DNA of 64,000 nt from Anthoceros angustus (Eukaryota; Plantae; Anthocerotophyta). The notes beneath the pieces were generated by a model, which saw only the letters and a program-made list of their open reading frames with translations, searched no databases and was not told where the DNA came from. The first letter of the stretch is position 1. Every line of letters begins with the position of its first letter. The stretch is taken from assembly GCA_010909165.1 (NCBI GenBank), contig MU008163.1, forward strand, positions 1,116,001 through 1,180,000, read 5' to 3'. This document shows positions 13,460 to 25,900 of this stretch, piece after piece. Made by a program: the position numbers and the translations under genes.

Positions 13460-16400
13460 TGTTATCCTTAGCCTCGAGCCATGGTTTGGTTGTGTTGTGA
13501 TGCTAGAATTTTCTAAGCGGTGATCGAGATCGCGGCGCTGAGGACAGCATGGCGGATGAGGCCGTGGCGAGCGCGCGACGCGCGCGGCGGGCGCGCAGCG
13601 GAGGCGTCGGCCGCGGCGGCGGCGCCAGCGTGCGGGCGCGGGCGGCGGGCCGGGCAGCGGCGCGGCCTTGAGCCGCGGCGCGGCCAGCGGGCGCCGAGCG
13701 GCCGCGGGCCCAGCGGGCCGGCCGCAGCGGCCCGGCAGCGGAGGCCAGCGGCGTCGCGGCCTTGCCCGCGGCGCCGCCGGCCGCGGGCCCAGCGGCCGCG
13801 GGCCGCGGCCGCGCGCATGGCCGCGCGGCGCCAGCCAGCCCGCGGGCCGCGGGCGCGCGCCGAGCCCAGCGGGGCCCGCGGCCAGCGAGCCCAGCGGGCC
13901 GCGGCCCCGAGCCCGGCCGCGGTATGTGGCCCGGCCCGCCAGGCGCAGCCCCGGCCGTGCCAGCGCGCCGCGCGCTTGGCGCGCCCGGAGTGGCCCGGCC
14001 GCCAGCCCGTGGCGGCCGCGTCTTGGCCGGTATGCCGTGGCCGCGTGGCGTGCGGCGCAGTGGCCGCGAGGCTGCGTGGCGAGGCGGGCGGCAGGCGTGG
14101 CGGCCTGAGTGAGTGTGCAGCCGGGCGGTGGCGAGAAAATTCGTCGAGCGATTGGATTACTCAGTGGAATAGTCAGCGGCAAATACGGACCGCGGTGGTT
14201 TCTTCTTTGACTTTTCTAACAAGGCGAGTTGAGTGTTTAATCTGTATCGATTTTTGAGTCATGATGTCTTCATCGTCGAGCGTCATGTTCAATATCGAAG
14301 TTAGATGGTACTAACTTCCGGGAAAGAACAAGTGTATAATGTTCTAGTGCGAGCATCAAGCCCATAAAGTTGTTAGGCGTCAAACCGGATAGTATGACAC
14401 GGGATGAGTGGCGGGACTGGATGAGCTTGCTAGATCTACTATCATGCTAACATTGTCAAAAGCGTGTACTTCAATGTGAAAGATAAGACCACGAGTTACT
14501 GTGGCGGAATGTGACTGTATGAGAAGCAAAGTGCGGCTTCTCGGTGTATTGGTTGAAACGGTGGTGGACTTGAAGATGAAGGAAGGGACGAGGATGTCCG
14601 ATCATCGAATGATTTCAATACCATTTTCAGACTCTCATCTCAAGGTATCACGTTCCCAGTTAGAGAGCTATGTTTCATTGGTCACATTACGAGAGTTGGG
14701 ATACCTTTTCGCTCGAGTAATTACGCCTAGTGGTCTTACCATTGTAAATGTAGAAGGTAGCACATTGGCGGAGGTGAGCAGGAAAAACATGGAACCTTCC
14801 AAAGGTTCCGGTGCCCTCATAGTGAGAGGGAGGTCCAGCTGCGAAGGGAAGCAACCGGACGCTTTTCTCGTAGCAAATCTCGTAGTAACAAGAATGTGGA
14901 GTGTCACTATTGTCACAAAAGGGGTCACTTCAAAGAGTGCGAGAAGTTCAAAAGGACCAAGGAAAAGAGAAGCGGGGCGACAAGAAGGCGAGTCATCGAG
15001 TTGGAAGAGTTAAACTCGTTGAGGACGGAGATGTCCTTATCTCTTCTTACTTGAATCTTGCACGATTAAGTGGATAGTCATTTATTACGCAATTGGATAA
15101 TTGACTCTGCATCTTTCCATGTTACTCCGCATAGAGTGGTTTAACGTATGATGCTACAAGGAAAGGATGATCGTTAGGCTTGGAAATAACTATGCATGCG
15201 GATCGCGGTAGGTGATGTGCAACTCAAGTTGACAACGGATCTTCATTCATCTTTGAAGGCGTTAGGCATGTTCGAAGTTGACAAAGAGCATGATTAGCGC
15301 GAGACGGTTGGATGATCTTTGGTTACCACTGCTGGTTTGGGGATCACTCTTGGAAGATCTCCAAAGGTTCTCTTGTGTTAGCTCGTGGATCGAGTGTGGC
15401 ACTTTGTACTCACTTGTAAACCTCAAAGATCATGTGATCGTGTGACAGCAAATGTTTCCTTGTGGCATTGCGGTTAGGACATATGTCTCGAGAAGGGAAT
15501 GAAGGTTTTATCTCGTTACGGTTATATCCTTAACTTCTCGATCTCTCGATGTGTGAGCAGCTTTATATGGGAAGCAGACAAAATCATCACATCGAACACG
15601 AGGTAAAAGTAGAAGTAAACCTCTTGAGTTGGTTCACCTGTATGTGGACCTATGCCTCGCATCATTAGGCGGTGCCTCCTATTTTGTCACTTTCATAGAT
15701 GATTTCTCACGCAAGGTGTGGGTTTATCCTTTGAGGAAAAAGGATGAAGTTCGGCGGTGTTTGAAATTTGTCACCCTTGTAGATCGGTCGCCACCGATTG
15801 AAGTGTCTAAGGGAGATAATGGTGGCGAGTATGTTTAAAGCTTTCCATTACAGTGATTCCAAGGGAATCAAAAGAGAATTATCGCCGTATCTCCTCCACA
15901 AAATGGTGTGGCTGAGCGGATGAACAGAACCATTCAGGAGAGGATGCGTAGTTTGTTGTCAAACTCTGGATTGCCTAATGGGTTTTGGGCAGAAGCAGTG
16001 TCTACTGCAGTTCATCTTATTAAAGATCTCCTAATAAAAGTTGATGAGCGGGTTCGAGCTATGGTGCGGAAAGAAACCATCCTACAAGCATCTGCGAGTG
16101 TTTGGTACATGAGGCATCGCCATGTTCCAAAAGAGTTTCGGGACAAGTTGGCACCTAAGTCCAAGAAATGTATTTTTCTTGGCTATGGTGATTCGGTGAG
16201 ATGGGATACCGTTTGTGGGATCCAGGCTAGAAAGGTTGTTCGTACTAACGGCGTGTTCTTCAATGAGAACAAGATGCACAGGAAGCCTACTCCAACTGTG
16301 GAGGTGCGAAGGGTGATCTTCCAAGAAGATGGACATGATCATCATGGGCAGGTTGATAACCGTGGTAATGTGCAGGAGCACATTCCTCCACCGGTAGATG

Positions 16401-18260
16401 AACCAAGAGTCGAACAAGCTCCTATAGAGGTGCTTGCTGGTCGAGGCGGATTACACGACCTCGGTATGATCCATCTGGATTATGTTATCTTGACAGTTGT
16501 GGGGAACCCTCTTCTTACAAAGAGGCTCATCAGCGAGTAACAAAGACAAGTGGGAGAAGGCCATGCGATCGAAATGAATTCGCATAAGAACCAAACTTGG
16601 GAGTTGGTTGTTGCCTAAGGATAAGAAGGCACTCAGTGCAAATGGGTGTACAAGATGAAGGTCATACCTTGATGGCAAACCAAAGTACAAGGCCCGATTG
16701 GTTGCTAAGGGTTTCAAGCAACAACGCATTGACTTTGATGAGATTTTCTCACCGATAGTCAAAATGACAACTTTGCGATGTGTTCTTGCTTTGGTTGCAG
16801 GATGATATGGAACTTATGCGGATGGATGTCAAGGCGGCATTCTTGCATGGTGACCTTCAAGAGGGCGTCTACATGCGAACGGAAGGTTTTGTTGAGAAGG
16901 GCAAAGAGCATCGGTGTGCGAGGTTGAGGAAGAGCCTTTATGGTTTGAAAACAGGCACCGGAGTGGTATCACAAGTTCCACTCATTTATGCTTTCTCAAG
17001 GCTACAAAAGCGTGGCGATGAGGATCATTGCCTCTATCTGAAGCAAGCTAAGGATCAAAGCTTGCTCATTTTGATCCTCTATGTGGATGATATGCTAATT
17101 CTTTGGAGCATCTTGATGAGATTTGTTGAAGTCAAAGTTGAATGCTCACTTTGAAATACAGACTTGGGAGGCGAGCCATATACTTGGCATGCGTATTCGT
17201 CGGAGCAGACATAAGCGTCCTTTATTTGTCTCGAGGAATACATTAACGGTGCTTCAACGTTTCAACATGGAGAAGGGAAGCCATTGGGTACTCCATTGCC
17301 TCCATATGTGAAACTTTCAAGCGGATTGCCCAAGCTACGAGGAGGACAAAGCTGAAATGGAAGGTCCCATACTCATCATCGGTGTAGGGAGTTTGATGTA
17401 TGCAATGATTGCTACCGTCCGACATTGCCTTTGCGGTGGGAGTGGTTAGCGTTTATGTCAAACCACGGCAAGAAGCATTGGGAGGCGATAAAAGGAGTTA
17501 TGAGGTATCCGAATGGTACAAAAGCTTTGTGCATATGTTTTGGTAGTGAAGATGCATGTGGTTGGGTACAGATGCGATTATGCGAGGATATGGACAAGAG
17601 GTCCACATCGAGTTATGTCTTCACGTGCCTTTGGAGGCGGTCTCATGGCGATCTCGTTTGCGATCGTGCATTCGCTATCTACCACAGAGTATGTTGCGAA
17701 GCGAGGCTTGCAAGGAAGCCATATGGCTTTTCGTTTAGTGGGAGACTTGGGGATCAAGGTTGATGCCGGTGTTGCATTGTGATAGCAGTGCTATCAATTG
17801 GCAAAGAATCCGATGTTTCATGCGAAGACTAAACATGTGGATGTGAAGTATCACTTCATTCGAGAGGTGTTGGACGACAAGAGGGTACAACTTGTCAAGG
17901 TTCACACGGCGAACCTGAGATATTCTTACCAAGGGACTCTCTACAGCAATTTGCACAAGCTCGGACACGATGGGCATGAGATAGTCCATTCTCCTCTGAA
18001 GGTAAATTGGCCTTTAAGTGGGAGGTTGTAAGGGTATTAAAGCCCAATGTACTTAGACTAATACACTTAGTCTAAGTTAGGTGTCGATTAAGTATCATTA
18101 GTTTAGCTTAAGCTAATCACTAGGAAGCTTCTTGTGCTCCTTCCTAGGAGCTTCTTGTGGAGCTTCCTAGGGAGCCTTCTTGGAGGGTATAAATACCCTC
18201 CAAGCCTCATCTCAAATATAGAGAGAGCTACTCTTGTCTCCTCCTCTCCTCTCCTCCTCT
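13460..18260 (+). mobile_element. Ty1/copia LTR retrotransposon (Tork/Tnt1-like), copy 2, same family
   Basis: GC-rich leader 13530-14130; gag ATG at 14261; integrase NGVAERMNRTIQERMRSLL and LAPKSKKCIFLGY; RT and RNase H motifs; PPT; 3' LTR from 18027. Confidence 0.93.
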
Positions 18261-18393
18261 CCTAGGAAGCTCCTAGGAAGGAGCACAAGAAGCTTCCTAG
18301 TGATTAGCTTAAGCTAAACTAATGATACTTAACTGACACCTAACTTAGACTAAGTGTATTAGTCTAAGTACATTGGGCTTTAATACCCTTACA
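18261..18393 (-). repeat. Inverted partial copy (first ~130 bp) of the same LTR, forming a fold-back with 18027-18155
   Basis: Ends ...AATACCCTTACA, the reverse complement of the LTR start TGTAAGGGTATT; near-identical to the LTR U3 throughout. Confidence 0.92.
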
Positions 18394-19399
18394 ATAACAT
18401 CTGAAAAAACTCCTTCTGACACTTTACGAGTAGTTCCGATATATCCTAATGGAGGTTTCGAGATTGCTTATCGCGATCGCGGACTCGAAATGGTAGCGAT
18501 AGCAAGGCCGAGTTAAATGCGGCCGTGGCCTGGGGTCGTGGGGAAGGGGCCTATCCGCAATTCTTGAATAACCTCATCATTCTTGGATGGAGTAGAGTGT
18601 GGAATTGTGGTCACTCAACGTGCTTAGAGATCATATTAGCCCTTTGCTCAAATCTTCCTGTGAGCTTCTTAAGAGATGTCAAGAGATCGGATGTCTTGGC
18701 GATCATATCCATGTGGAAAGTGTCTAGAGAAGTGCAGCAATAAGGTGTTCCCATACGAGGCTCAAAACATCAACTGTGTTTGCCGTAATTCATTGAGGAG
18801 GGAATCATTGGGTATGCGGAGGGCCTCAAACCTATCAGATAGATCCTTGCTTGGCGAGAAATCTTGAGTCTAGCCTCCAAGATAATGTGAGACTCCATGA
18901 AAGAAAGTATTTGTCCTCCAAAAGCAGTCTGCCTCAAGACTATGAACCACGGAGAACAGATCGCCATGTCACATTGCACCTTAGATTCAAAGAGGACTCT
19001 TTAAGGCCATCCATTGGAGCCATTCCGCTTGCCAAAATACCGTAGTAGAACAGAAGAGAGATTAGCGCCATAAGCGAGTTGCCCAATTACTGGACCCTTG
19101 GGTGGGCGGGCCTGACGACACTGGGGCACAGGCCCCAAGGCAACCCGTAGGACCTAAAGAAGCCCGGCCACCACCGCACCCCTCGATCCGTCGCACAGGC
19201 GCCGCACAAAAACCAAGGCCCTGGACCGAACCTCCACGCTCCGCTGCGTGGTAACCTCACGCGCCCGCTCCACCCTCCATGCGCCTCCGCTCCACCACTA
19301 GACCACGCTCCGCTCCCTACGATCCCTAAACCCAAACACTTGACCACAATGCAAGTTGCAATGCTGAGCCACTTAAATATTTATTTTCTTAAAGACAGT

Positions 19400-19640
19400 A
19401 TGAGGAGCCCATGGGCGGGCGCTGGCGCCCATGGGTAAGGCGAGTGTGCTAGGGGGCGCGGCGCCATGGGCGTGTGCTGGGGCGACCGGCCACGCCCACA
19501 GGCGAGTGTGCTAGGGACAGCCCGGCGCCATGGGCGGTGTGCTAGGGAGGCGTCGGCCGGCCAGGCGTATGAGCGGGCGTGTTGGGCGCCGGCCGGGCGG
19601 GGCGAGGCATGTTTAGGCGCCCGGCCAGGCGCCCATGGGC
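19400..19640. repeat. GC-rich degenerate short tandem repeat, unit approximately GGCGCCCATGGGCGAGTGTGCTAGGG
   Basis: GCGCC(C)ATGGG and GTGTGCTAGGG each recur several times. Confidence 0.65.
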
Positions 19641-19788
19641 GGTATGAGGCGCGCCGCTGAGCATCTTGAGGAGGTCGTCAGGGCGCCTCCTCACCATCCT
19701 CTGCATGCAGTGAAGCTAGGGGGGGGACAAGAAGGGAACGGCAGTTATCCTATCACCGATGGAAGGTGTGGCCCATTTGCAGGAAGGG

Positions 19789-20181
19789 TTAAAAGATTTG
19801 CATCCAAAACTGCCGTGTAGCATTTATCAGAGACATGGAGCTTTGGGCCTGAAACAGGTCTTTCAATACCTTCCATGTGCCGTGCGTTGTTGCCTGAGCT
19901 TGAGTGTGTTGCAGCATTGTTTTGTCTATTGTTGATATGAGGACGCTGAGTGCCCTCTTGTCTTTCTTCGACCATGGATCGATTTGGTCAGCTGTGGCAG
20001 GTGGATTGGAGGTAGATGAGGGCTTAGGAAGACTACTATCCGTGATTGACATGAGATCATGTTCTTCCAAGTGGGCGGTTAGGCGCATCTCCCAAACATC
20101 AAAGTCGGTATCGTTGAAACGGTCTCTATCTCTAAACTCTATCTTGCTAGTATTGATTACGGTTTGGACTGGTATAGCCAT
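19789..20181 (-). mobile_element. Ty1/copia gag N-terminal fragment from a second family, truncated
   Basis: MAIPVQ...RFNDTDFDVWEMRLTAHLEEHDL...WSKKDKRALSVLISTID...TWKVLKDLF, the typical copia gag (DUF4219/UBN2-type) pattern. Confidence 0.85.
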
Positions 20182-20699
20182 TGTGGTTTTGATTTGCTGT
20201 ATTTTATTAAGTGCTATGCTAAGTGGATCAAAAGCTAGCATGCAGCCTCATGATTCCTACACTAATTCCTATGCTTATTTTATAACATGACATGTGATGA
20301 GTGCTTGTCCAACGCAACATGCATGGACTAGAGCAGTAATTCTACGTGAGCTAACTGGGCGCTGAGGTTTTCTACTGGAACCATTTGTCTTGCGATGAGT
20401 GGAGATGCGCAGAAAGGTCTATGGTGATGATCGTTGCTTCTGATTGATGTCGCAGGAGCGTGAGCCATTGCGGGAAGTGCGTGTGGGTGCAGACCGGCTG
20501 TGCATTGGCGAAGGCATTGGAAGTGCTTCTTTGATCCCTTGGTAGTAGAGGGCTCTCGCTACTGTGTTATGCAATTTGTGCAAGTTGCTGAAATGGGGCG
20601 TAATGGAATATAGCTTATTTTGGAATAAATATGTGTTAAAACATAATAGTGATTTCAGTTATAATTAAAATTAGTTTTAGTTTTATTATTCGTTAATTA

Positions 20700-21700
20700 A
20701 TAACTATCAATAACCGTTTTTGTATAAGACCCTTTCTTTGTGTGTAATTTGTAGTATCTTTCGATTCCAACTTACTCTTGTTCCTCTTGCTTACTTCTTG
20801 CACAATCATCACACATTGCACACATGCGATCCTAGGCTACCAACTTCTTTATGGTATCAGAGGCATATACTCTGTTGCCAATGCCATTGATTCAAATCCC
20901 CGATTAATTTGTGCTCATCTAGATGCCTTAGAGGCAGCAATGTCTTTTCTAGTGCATCTGCCTCAATGGAGGCATTGTAGCAACCACGGTAGGAGGCATT
21001 GTAATAAGCACGGTAGGAGTGGCTTGGAAAATCTGCAACCGCACTCCAGGAGCGGTATGGGAGGATCTGCATTGGGCAGGAGCCGCAAAATCCACCCCGT
21101 GATTTGAGTCTTTGCGTGCGCTGCAGCTGCGAGGAGGCCCGGAATGAGGCGGCTGGCCAGCAGCAGCAGACCCGCAGGCAGCCTTGACTGCGGGAGGCGG
21201 CGGCCGCTAGCCCGCAGAGCGAGGCTGCAGCTGCGACTGAGGCGGCTGAGGCAGGTGAGCGGCGAGAGGAGGCTATGACAGGCTGGCCTTGGCAGGCAGT
21301 GCCAGCAGCTGAGCCTTGTGCGAGGGGCAGGCTAGCCATGCAGGAGGCCAGGCTATGAGGCAATGGCCTTATGCGAGGCGGCTGCAGCAGGCTGAGCCGC
21401 TGCTAGCGGCAGTGACAGGCTGCAGGCAACTGAAGAGCAGCTGAGGCAGGCTGCAGGCCCAGCAGCTGCGGGAGCGGCTATGAGCAGTGGCCTTATTCGA
21501 GAGGCTGCAGGCGGCTGAAAGCCTGCGAGGCTGCAGGAGCAGGCTGAGCGCCAGCTGCACGCTGAGCAGCGGCCTTAGCGAGCAGTATGATGAGCCAGGG
21601 GACGCGACAGGCGCGCTGCAGGAGGCTGCAGACAGTGGCCTTGCAGACCCGAGCTGAGGCAGGCAGCTGGCATGACAGGGCCATGCAGTGTCTTTGCATG
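20700..21700 (+). mobile_element. LTR end plus tRNA-Met PBS followed by a degenerate Ala/Glu/Gln/Arg-rich coiled-coil ORF
   Basis: CTTCTTTA|TGGTATCAGAG at about 20845-20862; downstream GAG/GCA/CAG/GCT-rich codon-like sequence with scattered stops; no pol motifs. Confidence 0.5.
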
Positions 21701-22133
21701 GGTGGGCTGGGAGTGGTTGCAGGCGTGTTGTAGGCCGCTGCGGCCTCGACCACCGCCCGGCCGCCGTCGGACCGACCCTAAGCGAGAGCAACGACAGCCA
21801 ATGGCGGCATGTGGTGGTAGGTTCCGGGACCCTCGGAACCCTTAGCCTGTGGCGGCCACACTTATCCCACACCGGTTCAGCAATAGGTTTCGTTCACGAA
21901 GGTGGGAGCCCTTCCCGCATGATGGAGTGTGCTCTTCACCACGACCTCGGCTCTAACCTCTCGAGCGCCTGACCCGACTAAGCGCCTCACGGCACCTTGC
22001 CTGGTGACCCACAGTAAGTCACACTACCCCTCGCCCGCGATGACTCCGTAGTGACCAATGTCCGAGAGGCACCGCCCAAACTCAGCCACGCTTACTCCCC
22101 TATCCTCTCTAGCTCCTCTCTCCTCTCTCTCGC

Positions 22134-22760
22134 TTCTCTCTCTTTCTCTTTTCTCTTTTCTCTTTTCTCTTTTCTCTTTTCTCTTTTCTCTTTTCTCTTT
22201 CTCTTTTCTCTTTTCTCTTTTCTCTTTTCTCTTTCTCTTTTCTCTTTTCTCTTTTCTCTTTTCTCTTTTCTCTTTTCTCTTTTCTCTTTTCTCTTTTCTC
22301 TTTCTCTTTTCTCTTTTCTCTTTTCTCTTTTCTCTTTTCTCTTTTCTCTTTCTCTTTCTCTTTTCTCTTTTCTCTTTTCTCTTTTCTCTTTTCTCTTTTC
22401 TCTTTCTCTTTTCTCTTTTCTCTTTTCTCTTTTCTCTTTTCTCTTTCTCTTTTCTCTTTTCTCTTTTCTCTTTCTCTTTTCTCTTTTCTCTTTTCTCTTT
22501 TCTCTTTTCTCTTTTCTCTTTTCTCTTTCTCTTTTCTCTTTCTCTCTCTTTCTCTTTTCTCTTTCTCTTTCTCTTTTCTCTTTTCTCTTTTCTCTTTCTC
22601 TTTTCTCTTTTCTCTTTTCTCTTTTCTCTTTTCTCTCTTTTCTCTCTTTTCTCTCTTTTCTCTCTTTTCTCTTTTCTCTTTTCTCTTTTCTCTTTTCTCT
22701 TTTCTCTCTTTTCTCTCTTTTCTCTCTTTCTCTCTTTCTCTTCTCTTCTCCTCTCTTCTC
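22134..22760 (+). repeat. (TTTTCTC)n heptamer microsatellite, ~630 bp, purely pyrimidine on the + strand
   Basis: Directly visible, with occasional TTTCTC hexamer variants. Confidence 0.98.
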
Positions 22761-22999
22761 TAATCTACCTCTTCCACTCTTCCTAGCTACCTACCTCTAC
22801 AGGCGCCTCACAGCTCCCCACTATCTCGGTTCATAGGGGCGGTGCCCTCACGGTCTAGGCGGACATCTCTGCGGCGAGACCTCTCGCTTTTACTAGGGAC
22901 CTCCCTCCACCACCATCCCGGCGCCTCTGCAGGGGCTCCCTCATCGCTCAAATACTCCCCTGCTCGTCAGAAGGCGTGGGGCCCTTGCCACAGTCAGCA

Positions 23000-25900
23000 T
23001 CTCAAAACGGACACCATGCACCCTCACACGGACGGCACGCACGCTTGCATAGCAAACAAGCACACACAGGTCAGGAGAGCAAGGCATGACATTTCATTAT
23101 GGGAGTTCCTCCCCCTCTTATAAGAACTCCCCCAAACCCTAGCATTAGTTAAGTCTGGGGGGTGGGTAGGGTTTGCTTACGGTTTCAAGTAGGTGGCCTC
23201 TTAAAGTTTCTTAACCTACCCTTCTAACAATCTCACTAACCCCCTAAGGGTCTTGATGACCCCTTCACTCCCCTACCAACTGTTTTCCTACCCTACTTCT
23301 TCTTGGGCATTGGCATGGCCAGGCGCCCTACCACCGTCTTCCTTCTCTTCGCCGGGGGACTGTTCCCCGACTGAATCTCCTCTCCCGCTGCGACGAGCCT
23401 TCACGTGTCTCGGCGATGGCTAACGGTGGAGCGCCGCCCCTCTCGGGCGCTCTTGCAGGCACCGCCTCTGCAATAACCTGTCTGCCCGCCGCAATTACTT
23501 CAAGGTGGTTGGGCATTGGTGCAACTCCTGTCCCGCCGCTAGGCACCCCCACCAACCCTACCGGCTGGCTGGAAACCTCCTCCTCCATTGACTCCTCCCA
23601 AACTGAGCCTTCTGCATCCATTTCACTTTCCAGGTCCTGAATCTCCGAAGCTGAGGGCTGCAATTCCTCCAAACTCTCCCTGTCGTCATCATGGGGGCCG
23701 AATAGCTTCCTTGTCAACAAGGAACGCATCTCCTTGGCGAGCTTGTTGACCCTGGCGTGTAGGTGGACCTACATCTCCTGGCCCTTCAAACAAATCTCAT
23801 CAAATTCCTCAGGCCATTCTCCTGAGGCTAACTTGCTACGCAAAACATCCCTCTCGAGTGTCACCTCACTCAAACGAAGCTGTAAGGTAACATTCTCGGC
23901 CGCATCTCGCTTCCATGCTTCTAGAATCCCTTGTTGCCAAGCATAGTCAGCCTGGAAGCGTTGCTTCCTGACGACCAACATGCGATGCATGATCTTCCTC
24001 CTGTGGGCCACCTCTTTCTTCCATCGTTGGTCGTCAGGAACTGGAGACCAAGCTCAAGGAGCTGGAGGGAGGACTGTAAGGGTATTAAAGCCCAATGTAC
24101 TTAGACTAATACACTTAGTCTAAGTTAGGTGTCAGTTAAGTATCATTAGTTTAGCAAAAGCTAATCACTAGGAAGCTTCTTGTGCTCCTTCCTAGGAGCT
24201 TCTTGTGGAGCTTCCTAGGGAGCCCTATTGGAGGGTATAAATACCCTCCAAGCCTCATCTCAATGAGAGAGAGTTACACTTGCCTCCTCCTCTCCTCTCC
24301 TCTTCTCTCCTCTTTTCACCATCATGGGCTGCTACACGATCCTTCAACTGGTATCAGACCTTCAAGAGGACGTCTACATGCAGCAACCAGAAGGTTTTGT
24401 TGAGAAGGGCAAAGAGCATCTGGTGTGCAGGTTGAGGAAGAGCCTTTATGGTTTGAAACAGGCACCCAGAGAGTGGTATCACAAGTTCCACTCATTTATG
24501 CTTTCTCAAGGCTACAAACGTAGCAATGAGGATCATTGTCTCTATACAAAGCAAGCTAAGGATCAAAGCTTGCTCATTTTGATCTGTATGGATGATATGC
24601 TAATTCTTTGGAAACAAGCGATCTTGATGAGATTTCAGTTGAAGTCAAAGTTGAATGCTCACTTTGAAATAGCAGACTTGAGAGAGGCGAGCCATATACT
24701 TGGCATGCGTATTCGTCGGAACAAACATAAGCGCCTGCTTTATTTGTCTCGACTTTACGGCCATTAAGTGCTTCAACGTTTCAACATGGAGAAGGGAAGC
24801 CATTGGGTACTCCATTGCCTACATATGTGAAACTTTCAAGCGGATTGCCCAAGCTCGAGGAGGACAAAGCGAAATGAAGAAGGTCCCATACTCATCGGTG
24901 TAGGGAGTTTGATGTATGCAATGATTGCTACGTCGACATTGCCTTTGCGGTGGGAGTGATTAGCGGGTTTATGTCAAACCACGGCAATAAGCATTGGGAG
25001 GCGATAAAAGGAGTTATGAGGTATCCGAATGGTACAAAAGCTTTGTGCATATGTTTTGGTAGTGAAGATGCATGTGTGGTTGGGTACACAGATGCTGATT
25101 ATGCAGGGGATATGGACAAAAGGAGGTCCACATCAGGTTATGTCTTCATGTGCACTGGAGGGGCAATCTCATGGCGATCTCGTTTGCAGTCGTGCATTAC
25201 GCTATCTACCACGGAGGCCGAGTATGTTGCAGCAACTGAGGCTTGCAAGGAAGCCATATGGCTTGCTCGTTTAGTGGGAGACTTGGGCATCAAGGTTGAG
25301 CTGCCAGTGTTGCATTGTGATAGCCAGAGTGCTATCCAGGTACAACTTGTCAAGGTTCACACCAGCCAGAACCCTGCAGATATTCTTACCAAGGGACTCT
25401 CTACGGAGCAATTTGCACAAGCTCGGACACTGATGGGCATGAGATAGTCCATTCTCCTACAAAGGTAAATTGGCCTTTAAGTGGGAGGTTGTAAGGGTAT
25501 TAAAGCCCAATGTACTTAGACTAATACACTTAGTCTAAGTTAGGTGTCAGTTAAGTATCATTAGTTTAGCAAAAGCTAATCACTAGGAAGCTTCTTGTGC
25601 TCCTTCCTAGGAGCTTCTTGTGGAGCTTCCTAGGAGCTATTGGAGGTATAAATACCCTCCAAGCCTCATCTCAATGAGAGAGAGTTAGACTTGCCTCCTC
25701 CTCTCCTCTCCTCTCTCCTCTCCTCTCCTCTCCTCTCCTCTCCTCCTCTCCTCTCCTCTCCTCTCCTCTCCTCTTCTCTCCTCTTTCCACCATCATGGGC
25801 TGCTACACGATCCTTCAAGGACATGCCACTTGGAGCAAGGAACGTGAGGAGCTAAAGGATGCCTCGACGCCGTACTCCAGTGGCTTACGTGCCCTTGAGC

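Noticed and set aside
22051-22836. 261-aa and 242-aa Leu/Phe/Ser ORFs
   Set aside because: Translation of the (TTTTCTC)n microsatellite.
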